Assembly (NCBI GenBank): GCA_965116875.1
Contig: OZ220733.1
Coordinates: forward strand, 4,288,001-4,352,000
Length of the DNA: 64,000 nt
Source of the DNA: Candidatus Latescibacterota bacterium
GTDB lineage: Bacteria; Latescibacterota; UBA2968; GCA-2709665
Direction: 5' to 3'
Part shown: one piece after another, positions 37,960-47,512 of the stretch
How the letters are laid out: every line of letters starts with the position of its first letter
Numbering within the stretch: position 1 is the stretch's first letter
The notes under the pieces: generated by a model
The model's input: the letters and a program-made list of their open reading frames with translations, nothing else
Database searches by the model: none
Told to the model about the DNA's origin: nothing
Translations under genes and position numbers: made by a program

Positions 37960-39993
37960 TCAGAATTTCCGATAGTCGATGGGCCCCGGCTCCGAAACAA
38001 ATGGACGGCCCGAGACCTCGAGAGAGGAACCGGCGGCGAGCAGACCCGTCTCGACATTGTCATCCACGGTTCGGACGTGCGCGAACTCGGCATCCGTCCG
38101 GACTTCGTTGAAGGCGACCGTATACCCGGGTCCGGCCGTGAGTACGGTGTCGGCCGCGTTGCCCGTGCGAATGCGAATGGCGCAGCCCGAGGCATCGCCG
38201 GTGGCGTCGATTTCGGGCGGGCACGCGTCCTTTTGATGCGGGACGAGCGCCACGATGCAGAACAGCGGGCTCCAGAACCAGTCGTACCGCACCCGCGGAT
38301 GGTCGTGGAATCCCTCCTCGCGCCATCGGCCCGGCCACGGTGTCGCAATCTGGACGTCGCACCGGTTTTTACGCCTGCATCCGACGATGGATACCCGGTC
38401 CCGACCGCACTCCAGCCGATTGCCGGCCGCCGTGTGCAGCAGCCACGAAAGCATCGGCCGGTCGTGCATTTCGAAATCGAGGCGGTCGACAACAATCACC
38501 GCCGCGGGCGCGCCGGCCGCATCCGGCAGGCAGAGCGTCCTCCGGACGAAACGCTGAGCGCTTGCGTAACTTTCTCCCGCCTCGGACTCGATGTAGGGGA
38601 AAGCCCCCTGAATGTCCGCGCGGACGATGCCGTCATCACCGGCGGGGCCGCGGCGTTGCATCTCGCCCATCACCAGGGGCAGATTGTGGGCTTCCCCCAG
38701 CGCGCCCAGGCGAAGGACTTCGGTGGTGTCGGGGAGCCTTTCAAGGGCGTATCCGGAATCGCATGCGAAAGATTCTCCGAGGGCGTGCAGCGCGAAGTGG
38801 TTGCGATCGGCCTGCCGGTGTCCGCCCGCGGGGAAAACGTCGCACAGAAATGAAAGGAGGAAGTCTTCGGACCGCCACCCGGACCGGACGTCCACCAGCC
38901 CCCGGTTGCGAAAGTGCCTGACCCCCGGCATGTTCAGACGATCCGGAGGTACGGGCTCTACCGAAGGGTCGTAGTACAGTAGATAACGCGTAACGGTGTC
39001 GCTCCAGCCGTCGGCCGGCAGATGCCAGGTTTCGCCGCCGGACGGCGGTCTGTCGATGGTCTGCCAGAGCCATTGCGCGAGACCGCTGTTCTGCTGAGAA
39101 GCCAGAAGGGAAAGCCATTCGACCTGGAACCCGTCATTGCAGTCGTTCAGTGGATTGGGCCGCCCCGTCGCAGGGATGAGTTCATACGCCAGACCCTCCG
39201 CGATGCGTTCCCATCCGGGGTGGCTCGTGAGCTCCCGGTCCCCGCAGGCGGCCAGCGCCAGAGCGAACGGGGCGAGGTAGTGCAACGTGGCGCTGCCGTA
39301 CGCCGGACCTTCGTAAAAGGCGCCGTCGCCGTCGTGACCCTTTTCGAGGAAGAGCAGGCACCGTTTTTTTCCGGACGTCAGCGCACGGTCGAATCGTGAC
39401 TCGTCCAGTACGCCGTAACCGCGCAGTACCAGTCCGAGCAGGCCCAGCCCGATGAGGCCGATGGCGGCCATGTTCCAGTCGGGTCGGGTTTCCCCGGGAT
39501 CCGGCGGATTATCGAGCGTATAGTCGATGAACGGCAGGCAATAGGCGCCGATTTCCAGGCGTTCCGCGTCTGTCAGCTCCTGCCGTAACAGGTCCAGTCC
39601 GATGGCCAGAACCATGGAACTTGCGCCGGCGTCCAGGCAGTTGTCCCGCCACGTGCTGTACGGACGCCCATAGTTCGTGCCGCCGCAGTTCTCCACGATG
39701 CGGTGCTTCACGATCGTCCGGAGAATGTTGCATGCCTCCGCCGCGTACTTTCCGTCGAGAAGGATGCCGCCCACGGCAAGGGTTTCGATCGCCTTGGGAA
39801 GCAGACGGCCGCCGGGCCTGGTCCGCCAGAAAACCGATTTTCGTTCGTTATAGTCGATGTATGCGGGCGATGCCGAATCGATATGGCCTTCGCAGGCCTC
39901 CCGGAGGTTGCTCTTCAGTGAGGTGACGATCGGGCTGGCGTCAGTCCGACGGTTCTCCAGAATGGGCCGAAACAGAGATTGCGGAAGATTCAT
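37960..39993 (-). CDS. Heparinase II/III-like polysaccharide lyase
   Basis: NW-like DWN, DG.FYEG.AY, G....RSGW, GHRQADRNHF.L...G, AHN. Confidence 0.7.
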   Translation of the reverse strand: MNLPQSLFRPILENRRTDASPIVTSLKSNLREACEGHIDSASPAYIDYNERKSVFWRTRPGGRLLPKAIETLAVGGILLDGKYAAEACNILRTIVKHRIVENCGGTNYGRPYSTWRDNCLDAGASSMVLAIGLDLLRQELTDAERLEIGAYCLPFIDYTLDNPPDPGETRPDWNMAAIGLIGLGLLGLVLRGYGVLDESRFDRALTSGKKRCLLFLEKGHDGDGAFYEGPAYGSATLHYLAPFALALAACGDRELTSHPGWERIAEGLAYELIPATGRPNPLNDCNDGFQVEWLSLLASQQNSGLAQWLWQTIDRPPSGGETWHLPADGWSDTVTRYLLYYDPSVEPVPPDRLNMPGVRHFRNRGLVDVRSGWRSEDFLLSFLCDVFPAGGHRQADRNHFALHALGESFACDSGYALERLPDTTEVLRLGALGEAHNLPLVMGEMQRRGPAGDDGIVRADIQGAFPYIESEAGESYASAQRFVRRTLCLPDAAGAPAAVIVVDRLDFEMHDRPMLSWLLHTAAGNRLECGRDRVSIVGCRRKNRCDVQIATPWPGRWREEGFHDHPRVRYDWFWSPLFCIVALVPHQKDACPPEIDATGDASGCAIRIRTGNAADTVLTAGPGYTVAFNEVRTDAEFAHVRTVDDNVETGLLAAGSSLEVSGRPFVSEPGPIDYRKF

Positions 39994-40067
39994 CGCTGAT
40001 TCCCTTAAGAAATTGTCTTGGAACTCCCGGCGGTCTTCGCACCGGCGTCGCGCCGGACGGGCCCGGA

Positions 40068-40832
40068 TCAATCCCCGTCCGTTCCCGGCGGCATGAAGAT
40101 TTCCCGCCGCCGGCCGTCGCTGTACCCGTCCACCTCGCTGAGCACCACGCCGGGACTGGCCAGCGCCGCCCTGACGATCTGGCGGTTGAAGGTGTGCACG
40201 TAGTCAGACGTCAGGTACTCTTCAACGGGCATCCAGAGACATTCTTCGATCTCCTCGGGCTGAGGGACGATATCGTAAGAAAGCGGGCTGAGGCGGCACA
40301 CAAAGTAAATGTCGGACTTGTCGTGGCGGTATCCGTGCCAGTGACGGAAACACACCATCGCTTCAAATGAGGTTTGAACTCCCGTTTCTTCCCGGATTTC
40401 CCGGACGACGGCCTCGGCCAGGTGTTCGCCGGGATGCAGCGCGCCGCCCGGCAGCTTATAGTACGGCCTGCTGCCGCCGCGGTGTTTTTCGCAGACAACC
40501 AGAATCTCGTGTTTCTCGCTGATGACCACCCCTCCCGCGCCAATATAGTGGGTGGCGAAGCCGGGGATGAACGCGTCTTCGACCAGCGGTCGGGTCAACA
40601 GGAGATACGCGTCGCCGCTGTGGTGAAAAGAGAAACCCGCCTGCACCGCAACGGGTATGAATTCCGACTTGCCTATGGGGACCTCCAGCCATACGAGTTG
40701 ATAGCCCCCGGTTTTCCAGGTCGCCAGGGACAACGAGAGGCGATGACTGAACGAATGAACGTCTGATGGAAGGCGTTCGGGGCTGATGACAATGCCGTTG
40801 AAGGCATTGGTTGTATGTTCGAGCACTTCCAT
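40068..40832 (-). CDS. NUDIX hydrolase with pre-NUDIX domain (Nudt6-like)
   Basis: VWLE.P...GF.FHH; KLPGG....GE.....VREIREETG; KSDIYFVC. Confidence 0.88.
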   Translation of the reverse strand: MEVLEHTTNAFNGIVISPERLPSDVHSFSHRLSLSLATWKTGGYQLVWLEVPIGKSEFIPVAVQAGFSFHHSGDAYLLLTRPLVEDAFIPGFATHYIGAGGVVISEKHEILVVCEKHRGGSRPYYKLPGGALHPGEHLAEAVVREIREETGVQTSFEAMVCFRHWHGYRHDKSDIYFVCRLSPLSYDIVPQPEEIEECLWMPVEEYLTSDYVHTFNRQIVRAALASPGVVLSEVDGYSDGRRREIFMPPGTDGD

Positions 40833-40976
40833 ATCGGGATCCTCTAGATCCTTTTCGGCGCTTTTTCAGCCGCGCGAAGACCGCCGGGAATATTAAGACA
40901 GCGTCTGAATGTAAACAGCACGCGGCCGGTTTACAAGTGGTTTTGGCCAGGATTCGTGTGTTTTTGTGGACGTTAA

Positions 40977-41005
40977 CAGCCCGGATGGACTTTTCCAACG
41001 GGCCG
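40977..41005 (-). mobile_element. MITE family A, end fragment
   Basis: Reverse complement CGGCCCGTTGGAAAAGTCCATCCGGGCTG matches the left end of family A. Confidence 0.7.
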
Positions 41006-41030
41006 TCAAGCCACGCTTCAGGGCTATTCG

Positions 41031-41065
41031 TCGCGTCGCCGCGTTGCTGATTTTTCGAATTGGGA
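41031..41065 (-). repeat. End fragment of the element at 50679-50875
   Basis: TCGCGTCGCCGCGTTGCTG (41031-41049) is the exact reverse complement of 50699-50717; similarity continues outward. Confidence 0.65.
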
Positions 41066-41203
41066 TTCATAAGGAAAGGTTTTGGCTTGACAGGGTATGG
41101 ACCGGGGTTGATATTGACGGTCCTTTCGGGTTGCGGAAAGCGGGCTTGCGTTCGCTTTTTCGTTTTTGCAAGGAGTTCCGGATCAGAGGCCAGGAGGTGG
41201 TGG

Positions 41204-42403
41204 ATGAGCAGCGTGTATGAACGCCTGGGGATTCGTACCATAATCAATGCATCCGGGCCGTCCACCCGGTTGAGCGGGTCAATCCTGCCCGTGGAGGTGG
41301 CGCAGGCCATGGCGGAAGCCTCTCAACATTGCGTGGATATCGCGGAACTGCAGGCCTGGGCGGGCCGGGCCATTGCAGACGTCACGGGCGCCGAGTCCGG
41401 ATACGTCACATCGGGCGCCGCGGCGGGAATCATGCTGGGCGTGGCGGCGTGCGTGACCGGGCTGGATCCGGGCAGGATGAACCGGCTACCGGATACCGGG
41501 GGCATGAAGGACGAAGTGATTATCCCGCGAAGCCACAGGAATTTTTATGACCACGCCATCCGTGCGGTCGGCGTTACGCTCGTGGAGGTGGGGATTTCCG
41601 ACCGGTACAGCGGAGCCGGGGTCCGGGATACGGAAGCGTGGGAGATTGCCGATGCAATTACCGACCGGACCGCGGCGGTTGCGTACGTGATGAACGCCCG
41701 GGCGCGTCCGGACCTGGCGGACGTTGTGAAAGCAGCCCACGATCGGGGTGTGCCGGTCGTTGTGGACGCCGCCGGCCAGCTTCCGCCCCAGTCGAACCTG
41801 CAGCGTTTTGTCGAAACCGGGGCGGACGTGGTCTGTTTCAGCGGAGGAAAGACCATTCGAGGGCCCCAGAGTTCAGGAATTCTGTGCGGTCGGAGAGACC
41901 TGGTATCGGCTGTCGCGCTGCAGCACCTGGACCAGGACGTGTTCTACGATCTCTGGAATCCGCCGCCGTCGCTGATTGACAAAGACCGCCTGCCTGGCGC
42001 ACCCCAGCACGGGATCGGGAGACCGTGCAAGGTGGGCAAGGAGGAGATCGTTGGTCTGATCACGGCGCTCAGGCTGTTCGTCGCCGAGGGGGATGAGGCG
42101 CGCCACGCCCGATGGGCCGCCGTGATACGGAACCTCGCGGCGGCGCTTGAACCATTGCCGAATGTGCGTGTAACCGCGACCATCGATCCCGGAAGACCCG
42201 TGCCGGGTCTGCAGCTGGAGATCGATGAAGCCGCGGCAGGCATTTCAGGCCTGGAACTGGCACGGAGGCTTATCGACGGCGAGCCCGGCATTCACTGCAA
42301 TACGGCGGAAGTGTACGAAGGCGTGTTGGGGTTCGGTCCCATGTGTCTGCGGGAAGGGGACGTGGAGGCGATAGGAAAGCGGATGGGCGAGTTGCTGGCT
42401 TGA
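41204..42403 (+). CDS. SelA-like PLP-dependent enzyme (DgaE-like)
   Basis: IINASG..T.L.GS, GAE...VT.GAAA, VDAAG, FSGGK..GPQ.SG..G, IGR..KVGKEEI.G. Confidence 0.85.
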   Translation: MSSVYERLGIRTIINASGPSTRLSGSILPVEVAQAMAEASQHCVDIAELQAWAGRAIADVTGAESGYVTSGAAAGIMLGVAACVTGLDPGRMNRLPDTGGMKDEVIIPRSHRNFYDHAIRAVGVTLVEVGISDRYSGAGVRDTEAWEIADAITDRTAAVAYVMNARARPDLADVVKAAHDRGVPVVVDAAGQLPPQSNLQRFVETGADVVCFSGGKTIRGPQSSGILCGRRDLVSAVALQHLDQDVFYDLWNPPPSLIDKDRLPGAPQHGIGRPCKVGKEEIVGLITALRLFVAEGDEARHARWAAVIRNLAAALEPLPNVRVTATIDPGRPVPGLQLEIDEAAAGISGLELARRLIDGEPGIHCNTAEVYEGVLGFGPMCLREGDVEAIGKRMGELLA

Positions 42404-42450
42404 TTGAAGAGAAGGCATGCCGGCACAGGACAAGCTCCGGAGATTCAGTT

Positions 42451-43797
42451 ATGAACGTGGATTGGAATGCAGCGGGCCGGGAAGCGGTGGGCTGGCATTG
42501 CAGGCTCCTTCGATTCGACACCACGAACCCGCCGGGGAACGAACTGCCCCTCGCCCGGGACATTGCCGGGGCGCTGACCGGGGAGGGACTTTCTCCCGGC
42601 GTCCTGGAATCCGCGCCCGGGCGCGGGAATCTGGTGGTACGTCTCAAGGGCGACGGGTCGCAACGCCCGCTGCTGCTGCTGTCGCACATAGACGTGGTTC
42701 CCGCGGAGCCCGCCAAATGGACGCGCGATCCGTTCGGCGGCGAGGTGGACGCGGGGTACGTATGGGGTCGCGGCGCAATCGATTCCAAGCTGACGACGGC
42801 CGTTGGACTGCAGGTCCTGTTATTGTGCAAGCGTCTGAATCTGCCGCTGACGCGCGACCTGATTCTGGTGGCGGCAGCGGACGAGGAACTCGGGGGGGTG
42901 CATGGGGTGCGCTGGCTTGCGGCCAATCACCCGGAGGTGTTCGACGCGGAGTACGGCATCAATGAGGGCGGCGGTTTCGCTCTGCTGGTCGACGGGCGTC
43001 CGGTATACACGTGTCAGGTGGCCGAAAAGGGGAGTGCAGAGTTGAACCTGGTTGCGCGCGGACAACCGGGACACAGTTCCGTTCCCCACACCGACAATGC
43101 CGTTTTTCATCTGGCAGGGGCCCTGGAGCGATTGAGCCGCGTGAAGATGCCACACCGGATTACCCCCGGCGTGAAGGCGTTCTTCGAGGGCGCCGCCGCC
43201 GCGCAGGTCAGGGAGGAGGTGGCCGATCTGCTGCTTGGGGCCCTGGACCCGGACCGCTGCGATGCCTCGCTACAGGCCTTGCCGGTTGACGAGCCGACCC
43301 GGAAGATGTTCGACGCGATGGTGCGCAATACGTGCGCGCCGACCATCCTCGAGGCCGGCGTCAAGCGCAACGTGATCCCCTCCGAAGCCGTGGCGCGGCT
43401 GAGCGGCAGGCCATTGCCCGGTGTGGACGAAGACGGTTTCGTCCGGGAAGTTCGCGCTTTGGCCGGCGAGGGCGTCGCTTTCGAAATGGAAAAGGCATTC
43501 CGACCGGGAACGGAATTCGACCATCGGACGCCACTTCTGGACGCAATCCGGGCGTCGATCGCCCGATTCGACCCCGATGCAGCCGTGGTCCCTTACATGC
43601 AGACCGGTGGCACGGATGCGCGGTTTCTGCAGGACCGCGATATCCACATCTATGGATTCCTGCCCATGCGGTACGAAGAGGGCGAGGCGTACTTCGACCT
43701 GTGCCACGGTCACGACGAACGGGTGTCCGTCGCAAACGTCAAATTCGGGGTGCAGGTGCTTTTCGACGTCGTGTGCCGGTTGAACGGCATCCCGTAG
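42451..43797 (+). CDS. M20/M25/M40 metallo-hydrolase
   Basis: TTNPPGNE, SHIDVV, GRGA.D.K, DEE.GG, NEGG, GHSS, GGTD, HG.DER. Confidence 0.9.
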   Translation: MNVDWNAAGREAVGWHCRLLRFDTTNPPGNELPLARDIAGALTGEGLSPGVLESAPGRGNLVVRLKGDGSQRPLLLLSHIDVVPAEPAKWTRDPFGGEVDAGYVWGRGAIDSKLTTAVGLQVLLLCKRLNLPLTRDLILVAAADEELGGVHGVRWLAANHPEVFDAEYGINEGGGFALLVDGRPVYTCQVAEKGSAELNLVARGQPGHSSVPHTDNAVFHLAGALERLSRVKMPHRITPGVKAFFEGAAAAQVREEVADLLLGALDPDRCDASLQALPVDEPTRKMFDAMVRNTCAPTILEAGVKRNVIPSEAVARLSGRPLPGVDEDGFVREVRALAGEGVAFEMEKAFRPGTEFDHRTPLLDAIRASIARFDPDAAVVPYMQTGGTDARFLQDRDIHIYGFLPMRYEEGEAYFDLCHGHDERVSVANVKFGVQVLFDVVCRLNGIP

Positions 43798-43821
43798 CCG
43801 GCGGTCGATCTCGCGCAGAAC

Positions 43822-44718
43822 CTACCGATCCAGTACGTGTCGAAGCGCGCCTTCGAGTTCCGGGTGTTGAAAGTCATATCCGGACTCCTGCAGCCGTGTG
43901 GGGGTTACACGGGCGCCGGACAGCAGCAGGGCGTCCGCCATTTCCCCGAAGGCCAGTCTGGCGGCGAATGCCGGCATAGGGAAGAGCGTCGGGCGGGAAA
44001 GCACGCCCCCCAGTGTTTTCGTGAATTCCCGGTTCGTCGCCGGCGCGGGCGACACCGCGTTGACGGGCCCCTCGAGCGATGCCGTGTTTAGCGCGTGGAC
44101 GATGATTCCCGACAGGTCGCTCAGCGAGACCCAGCTCATATACTGCGCGCCGCTGCCGATCACGCCTCCCACCCCCATCTTGAACGGGAACAGCATTTTG
44201 GCCAGCGCGCCCCCGTCCGCACTGAGCACGATTCCAATCCGCAGGGTTACGGTACGCACGCCCGCGTCAGCCGCGGGGCCTGCGGCATTCTCCCACGCAA
44301 TGCACGTTTCCGCAAGGAAGTCGGCGCCGGGCGGGCTTTCCTCGTTGAGGATTTCCTCGCCGCGATTGCCGTAGTATCCGATCGCCGATGCCGCAATCAG
44401 AACGCCGGGAGGGGTCTGCAATTCCGCAATGCCCTGTGCCAGAAGCCGGGTGCCGTCCACGCGGCTGCTGCGGATTCGGTTTTTCTTCGCTTCGTTCCAC
44501 CTGCCCGAAGCGATGTTCTCGCCGGCCAGATGAACCACGGCCTGGATTCCTTCGAGGGCGTCAGGCGCAATTTCTCCTGTTTCCGGGTCCCACCGGCGCT
44601 CCGTATCGTCTGTGGGACTCGTGCGAACCAGCCGCAGTACGCGGTGGCCGCCGGCTTCGAGATGGGGTACGAGAGAAGAACCGACGAGCCCGGTCGAACC
44701 CGTCACGAGTACGTTCAT
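43822..44718 (-). CDS. TIGR01777-type NAD-dependent epimerase/oxidoreductase
   Basis: VTGSTGLVG, HLAGENI..GRW...K..I..SR, ASAIGYYG, GGAL.KM..PF..G.GG..GSG.Q..SW. Confidence 0.9.
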   Translation of the reverse strand: MNVLVTGSTGLVGSSLVPHLEAGGHRVLRLVRTSPTDDTERRWDPETGEIAPDALEGIQAVVHLAGENIASGRWNEAKKNRIRSSRVDGTRLLAQGIAELQTPPGVLIAASAIGYYGNRGEEILNEESPPGADFLAETCIAWENAAGPAADAGVRTVTLRIGIVLSADGGALAKMLFPFKMGVGGVIGSGAQYMSWVSLSDLSGIIVHALNTASLEGPVNAVSPAPATNREFTKTLGGVLSRPTLFPMPAFAARLAFGEMADALLLSGARVTPTRLQESGYDFQHPELEGALRHVLDR

Positions 44719-44736
44719 GGCGTGCCTCCTTGTCAG

Positions 44737-45150
44737 TTAGAACAGGTAGAGCATCACGTAGATGATGACGCCGCTGACGCACACGAACATCCAGACCGGC
44801 CACACCCAGCGGGCGATGCGCCTGTGTGTCCGGAACCTCCCGCGCAGGGCAAGCCATACAACCGTGAGGACGAACGGCGCATTCAGTGCGGCCAGTACGA
44901 TGTGCGGGATCAGGATGGCAAAATAAACGCCGCGGGTCCAGTCATGGTGTGGATAGGGTACAGACCCCACATTGACGTGATAGAACAGATACGTAGACAG
45001 AAACAGGACCGAAAAGACGAGGGCGAAGACCATCATTCGCCGGTGTTGCCGGATATTGCCGCGGCGGATCTGAAGATAGCCCATCAGGAGAAAGACCGCG
45101 CCGATCGTGTTGAATATGGCATTGAGGGCTGGGAGATCGTTTACGGTCAT
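44737..45150 (-). CDS. DUF420 membrane protein
   Basis: LP.LNA..N, H...M, FL..Y..YH, Y..IL..HI.LA, HR..ARW..P.W..V..SG..Y. Confidence 0.88.
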   Translation of the reverse strand: MTVNDLPALNAIFNTIGAVFLLMGYLQIRRGNIRQHRRMMVFALVFSVLFLSTYLFYHVNVGSVPYPHHDWTRGVYFAILIPHIVLAALNAPFVLTVVWLALRGRFRTHRRIARWVWPVWMFVCVSGVIIYVMLYLF

Positions 45151-45189
45151 CCGTATCTCGAATGAAGCTGTTTCGGGCTCGAAACCTGA

Positions 45190-45247
45190 CAGCCCGTTGA
45201 AAACGCCCATCCGGCCTCGCCTGCAGAGCGACTTTCTCAACGGACTG
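45190..45247. mobile_element. MITE family A, internally deleted copy (58 bp)
   Basis: Both TIRs kept; CCATCCGG joined directly to CCTCGCCTGCAG. Confidence 0.8.
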
Positions 45248-45325
45248 CTAAGTGTACTCATTTTTCCAGGCTTTGGCAACCGCATGGGATTCCAGCGGAC
45301 GGGGCAACGGACATCGCCGGGCCGC

Positions 45326-45354
45326 TTGACACAGGATCGGATTTCTGCTATTTT
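45326..45354 (+). promoter_or_regulatory. Candidate sigma70 promoter
   Basis: TTGACA-N17-TATTTT with TG before the -10. Confidence 0.4.
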
Positions 45355-45403
45355 TGGTTTCTGAGATTGTCATTAAGCCGATTTAAAACAGGAGGATAGT
45401 AGA

Positions 45404-45607
45404 ATGTCTGCAACGGGCGGCCAGTGGATGACACCCGGAGAAATCGAGCAGGCTCTCGGGCGAAGAAAATCCAGGGAGGTATTTGAAGACTTGATTTATG
45501 ACCGGCGCAAGCGGCGTGAGATCCTGGATCTCCTGATCGAGGCCACGGGCTGTAACGAGTTTTCGGCGGAAGACTTTCTCAGGGAAATCGTGAAGACCAG
45601 ACAGTGA
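45404..45607 (+). CDS. Small hypothetical protein (67 aa)
   Basis: Strong AGGAGG RBS; upstream promoter; helical amphipathic composition. Confidence 0.65.
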   Translation: MSATGGQWMTPGEIEQALGRRKSREVFEDLIYDRRKRREILDLLIEATGCNEFSAEDFLREIVKTRQ

Positions 45608-45613
45608 CTCTAA

Positions 45614-45759
45614 CAGCCCGTTGGAAAAGTCCATCCGGTCTGCGGCCGGCCCTTGCGGTCGAAAACCTGCGTTGCGCTCCCTCGCCGAATCGAAGGATGG
45701 GACTCGGTCGCGCGCCTTGTCTTCGACCTCGCCTGCAGAGCAACTTTTCCAACGGACTG
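45614..45759. mobile_element. MITE family A, full copy (146 bp)
   Basis: Near-identical to 31408-31553. Confidence 0.85.
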
Positions 45760-45802
45760 CCAGCCGCCGCGGCGCCCGCGTCACCGAAGGGATGAACTGA
45801 TC

Positions 45803-47458
45803 GTGTCCGAATTCTGGAAAACAGATTACCTGGTCATCGGCAGCGGTATCGCCGGCCTGTCTTTCGCGCTCAGGGCAGCCGAGTCCGCCACCGTCGCGGT
45901 AATTACCAAGAAGGAGTCCCAGGAGTCGAATACCAACTATGCCCAGGGCGGCATTGCCGCCGTGTTCGATCCGGACGATTCATTCGGCCTCCACGTGGAG
46001 GACACGCTCTCCGCCGGGGCCGGTCTCTGCCGCCGTGAGGTGGTGGACCTCGTGATCGGACAGGGGCCGCGGATGGTCAGAGAACTGATGGCATGGGGCG
46101 CCGCGTTCACGAAACAGCCGGACGGCCGCCACCTGGCGCTCGGGCGGGAAGGCGGGCACACCAGGAACCGGATTGTCCACGCGGCGGATCTTACGGGAAA
46201 GGAAATCGAACGGGCGCTTACGGAAGCGATAGAAGCCCATCCCAACATTACGCGATTCGAACACCATATGGCCGTCGACCTGATTACGGAACACCATCTC
46301 TTCGGCGCCAAGACGGAACCGCAGGGACGCATTCATTGCTGGGGTGCGTACGTTCTGGATGCGGTTTCGGGGCGGGTCAGGCGATTTCTTGCGCGGGTAA
46401 CGCTTCTGTGTTCCGGTGGGGCCGGACAGATCTACACACACACAACCAACCCGGGCATCGCAACCGGCGACGGGGTCGCCATGGCCTACAGGGCGGGGGC
46501 GCCGATAGCCAATCTGGAGTTTATGCAGTTTCACCCCACCACGCTCTACCATCCGGAGGGAGATTCATTCCTGATTTCCGAGGCGGTACGCGGCCACGGG
46601 GGCGTGCTGATCGACGGAAACGGACGTCCTTTCATGGACGCGCATCACAAGATGGGAGCGCTCGCGCCGCGTGATATTGTCGCCAGGGCCATCGACAGTG
46701 AACTGAAGAAGAGCGGCGCACCCTGCGTGTATCTCGACGTCACTCACATGCCAGCCGCCGGGATTCAGGAACGTTTTCCCGGCATTTACAGGCGGTGTCT
46801 CGAACTCAATATAGATATCACCCGGCAGCCCATCCCGGTTGTGCCCGCGGCTCACTATATGTGCGGCGGCGTTGTGACGGACACGTGGGGTCGCACGGAA
46901 ATCGAAGGGCTCTATGCCTCCGGGGAGGTGGCGCACACGGGCCTGCACGGCGCGAATCGTCTGGCGAGTAATTCGCTTCTCGAGGCGCTGGTGTTTTCGG
47001 ACCGCGTTCATCAGCATGCGTCCCTGCGTCCGGATTCGGCAACCGTCTTTCCCGACGTGCCGGACTGGCGGGATGACGACGTGTTCAATACCGAAGAGTG
47101 GGTGCTGCTTGCCCACGACCGGGTGGAGGTGCAGCGGCTGATGTGGGACTATGTCGGTATCGTGCGTTCCGACTTCCGGCTCAAACGGGCGGCAAGGCGA
47201 ATTGGCGTCATCGCCAGGGAGGTTGAGGAGTTTTACAAGCGGACCCGGGTTACGGAAGCGCTCCTCGAATTGAGAAATATCACGACGGTGGCCGCGCTCG
47301 CGGTTCGATGCGCGCTGAAGCGGCGCGAGAGCCGGGGACTCCATTACAACGTGGACTGCCCCGAGGACGGCTCAGTGACTCCCGTGGATACGGTCCTGTC
47401 GGTACGTGAGACCTGGCGGTCATCCGAAATAGACTGGCAGGCGGCCCTGAATGTCTAG
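45803..47458 (+). CDS. nadB: L-aspartate oxidase
   Basis: [24 protein letters not shown]...[57 protein letters not shown]. Confidence 0.95.
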   Translation: MSEFWKTDYLVIGSGIAGLSFALRAAESATVAVITKKESQESNTNYAQGGIAAVFDPDDSFGLHVEDTLSAGAGLCRREVVDLVIGQGPRMVRELMAWGAAFTKQPDGRHLALGREGGHTRNRIVHAADLTGKEIERALTEAIEAHPNITRFEHHMAVDLITEHHLFGAKTEPQGRIHCWGAYVLDAVSGRVRRFLARVTLLCSGGAGQIYTHTTNPGIATGDGVAMAYRAGAPIANLEFMQFHPTTLYHPEGDSFLISEAVRGHGGVLIDGNGRPFMDAHHKMGALAPRDIVARAIDSELKKSGAPCVYLDVTHMPAAGIQERFPGIYRRCLELNIDITRQPIPVVPAAHYMCGGVVTDTWGRTEIEGLYASGEVAHTGLHGANRLASNSLLEALVFSDRVHQHASLRPDSATVFPDVPDWRDDDVFNTEEWVLLAHDRVEVQRLMWDYVGIVRSDFRLKRAARRIGVIAREVEEFYKRTRVTEALLELRNITTVAALAVRCALKRRESRGLHYNVDCPEDGSVTPVDTVLSVRETWRSSEIDWQAALNV

Positions 47459-47512
47459 GAAGCTCTTCTTCGTCCCTGTAGAATCCCGAGCGCGAGACCT
47501 GAGGAAGCATCC

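Noticed and set aside
41204-42403. Selenocysteine synthase selA forming a selenium cluster with SBP56
   Set aside because: The protein looks like the shorter SelA-like/DgaE group; no selB, selC or selD nearby, and SBP56 is in a separate unit.
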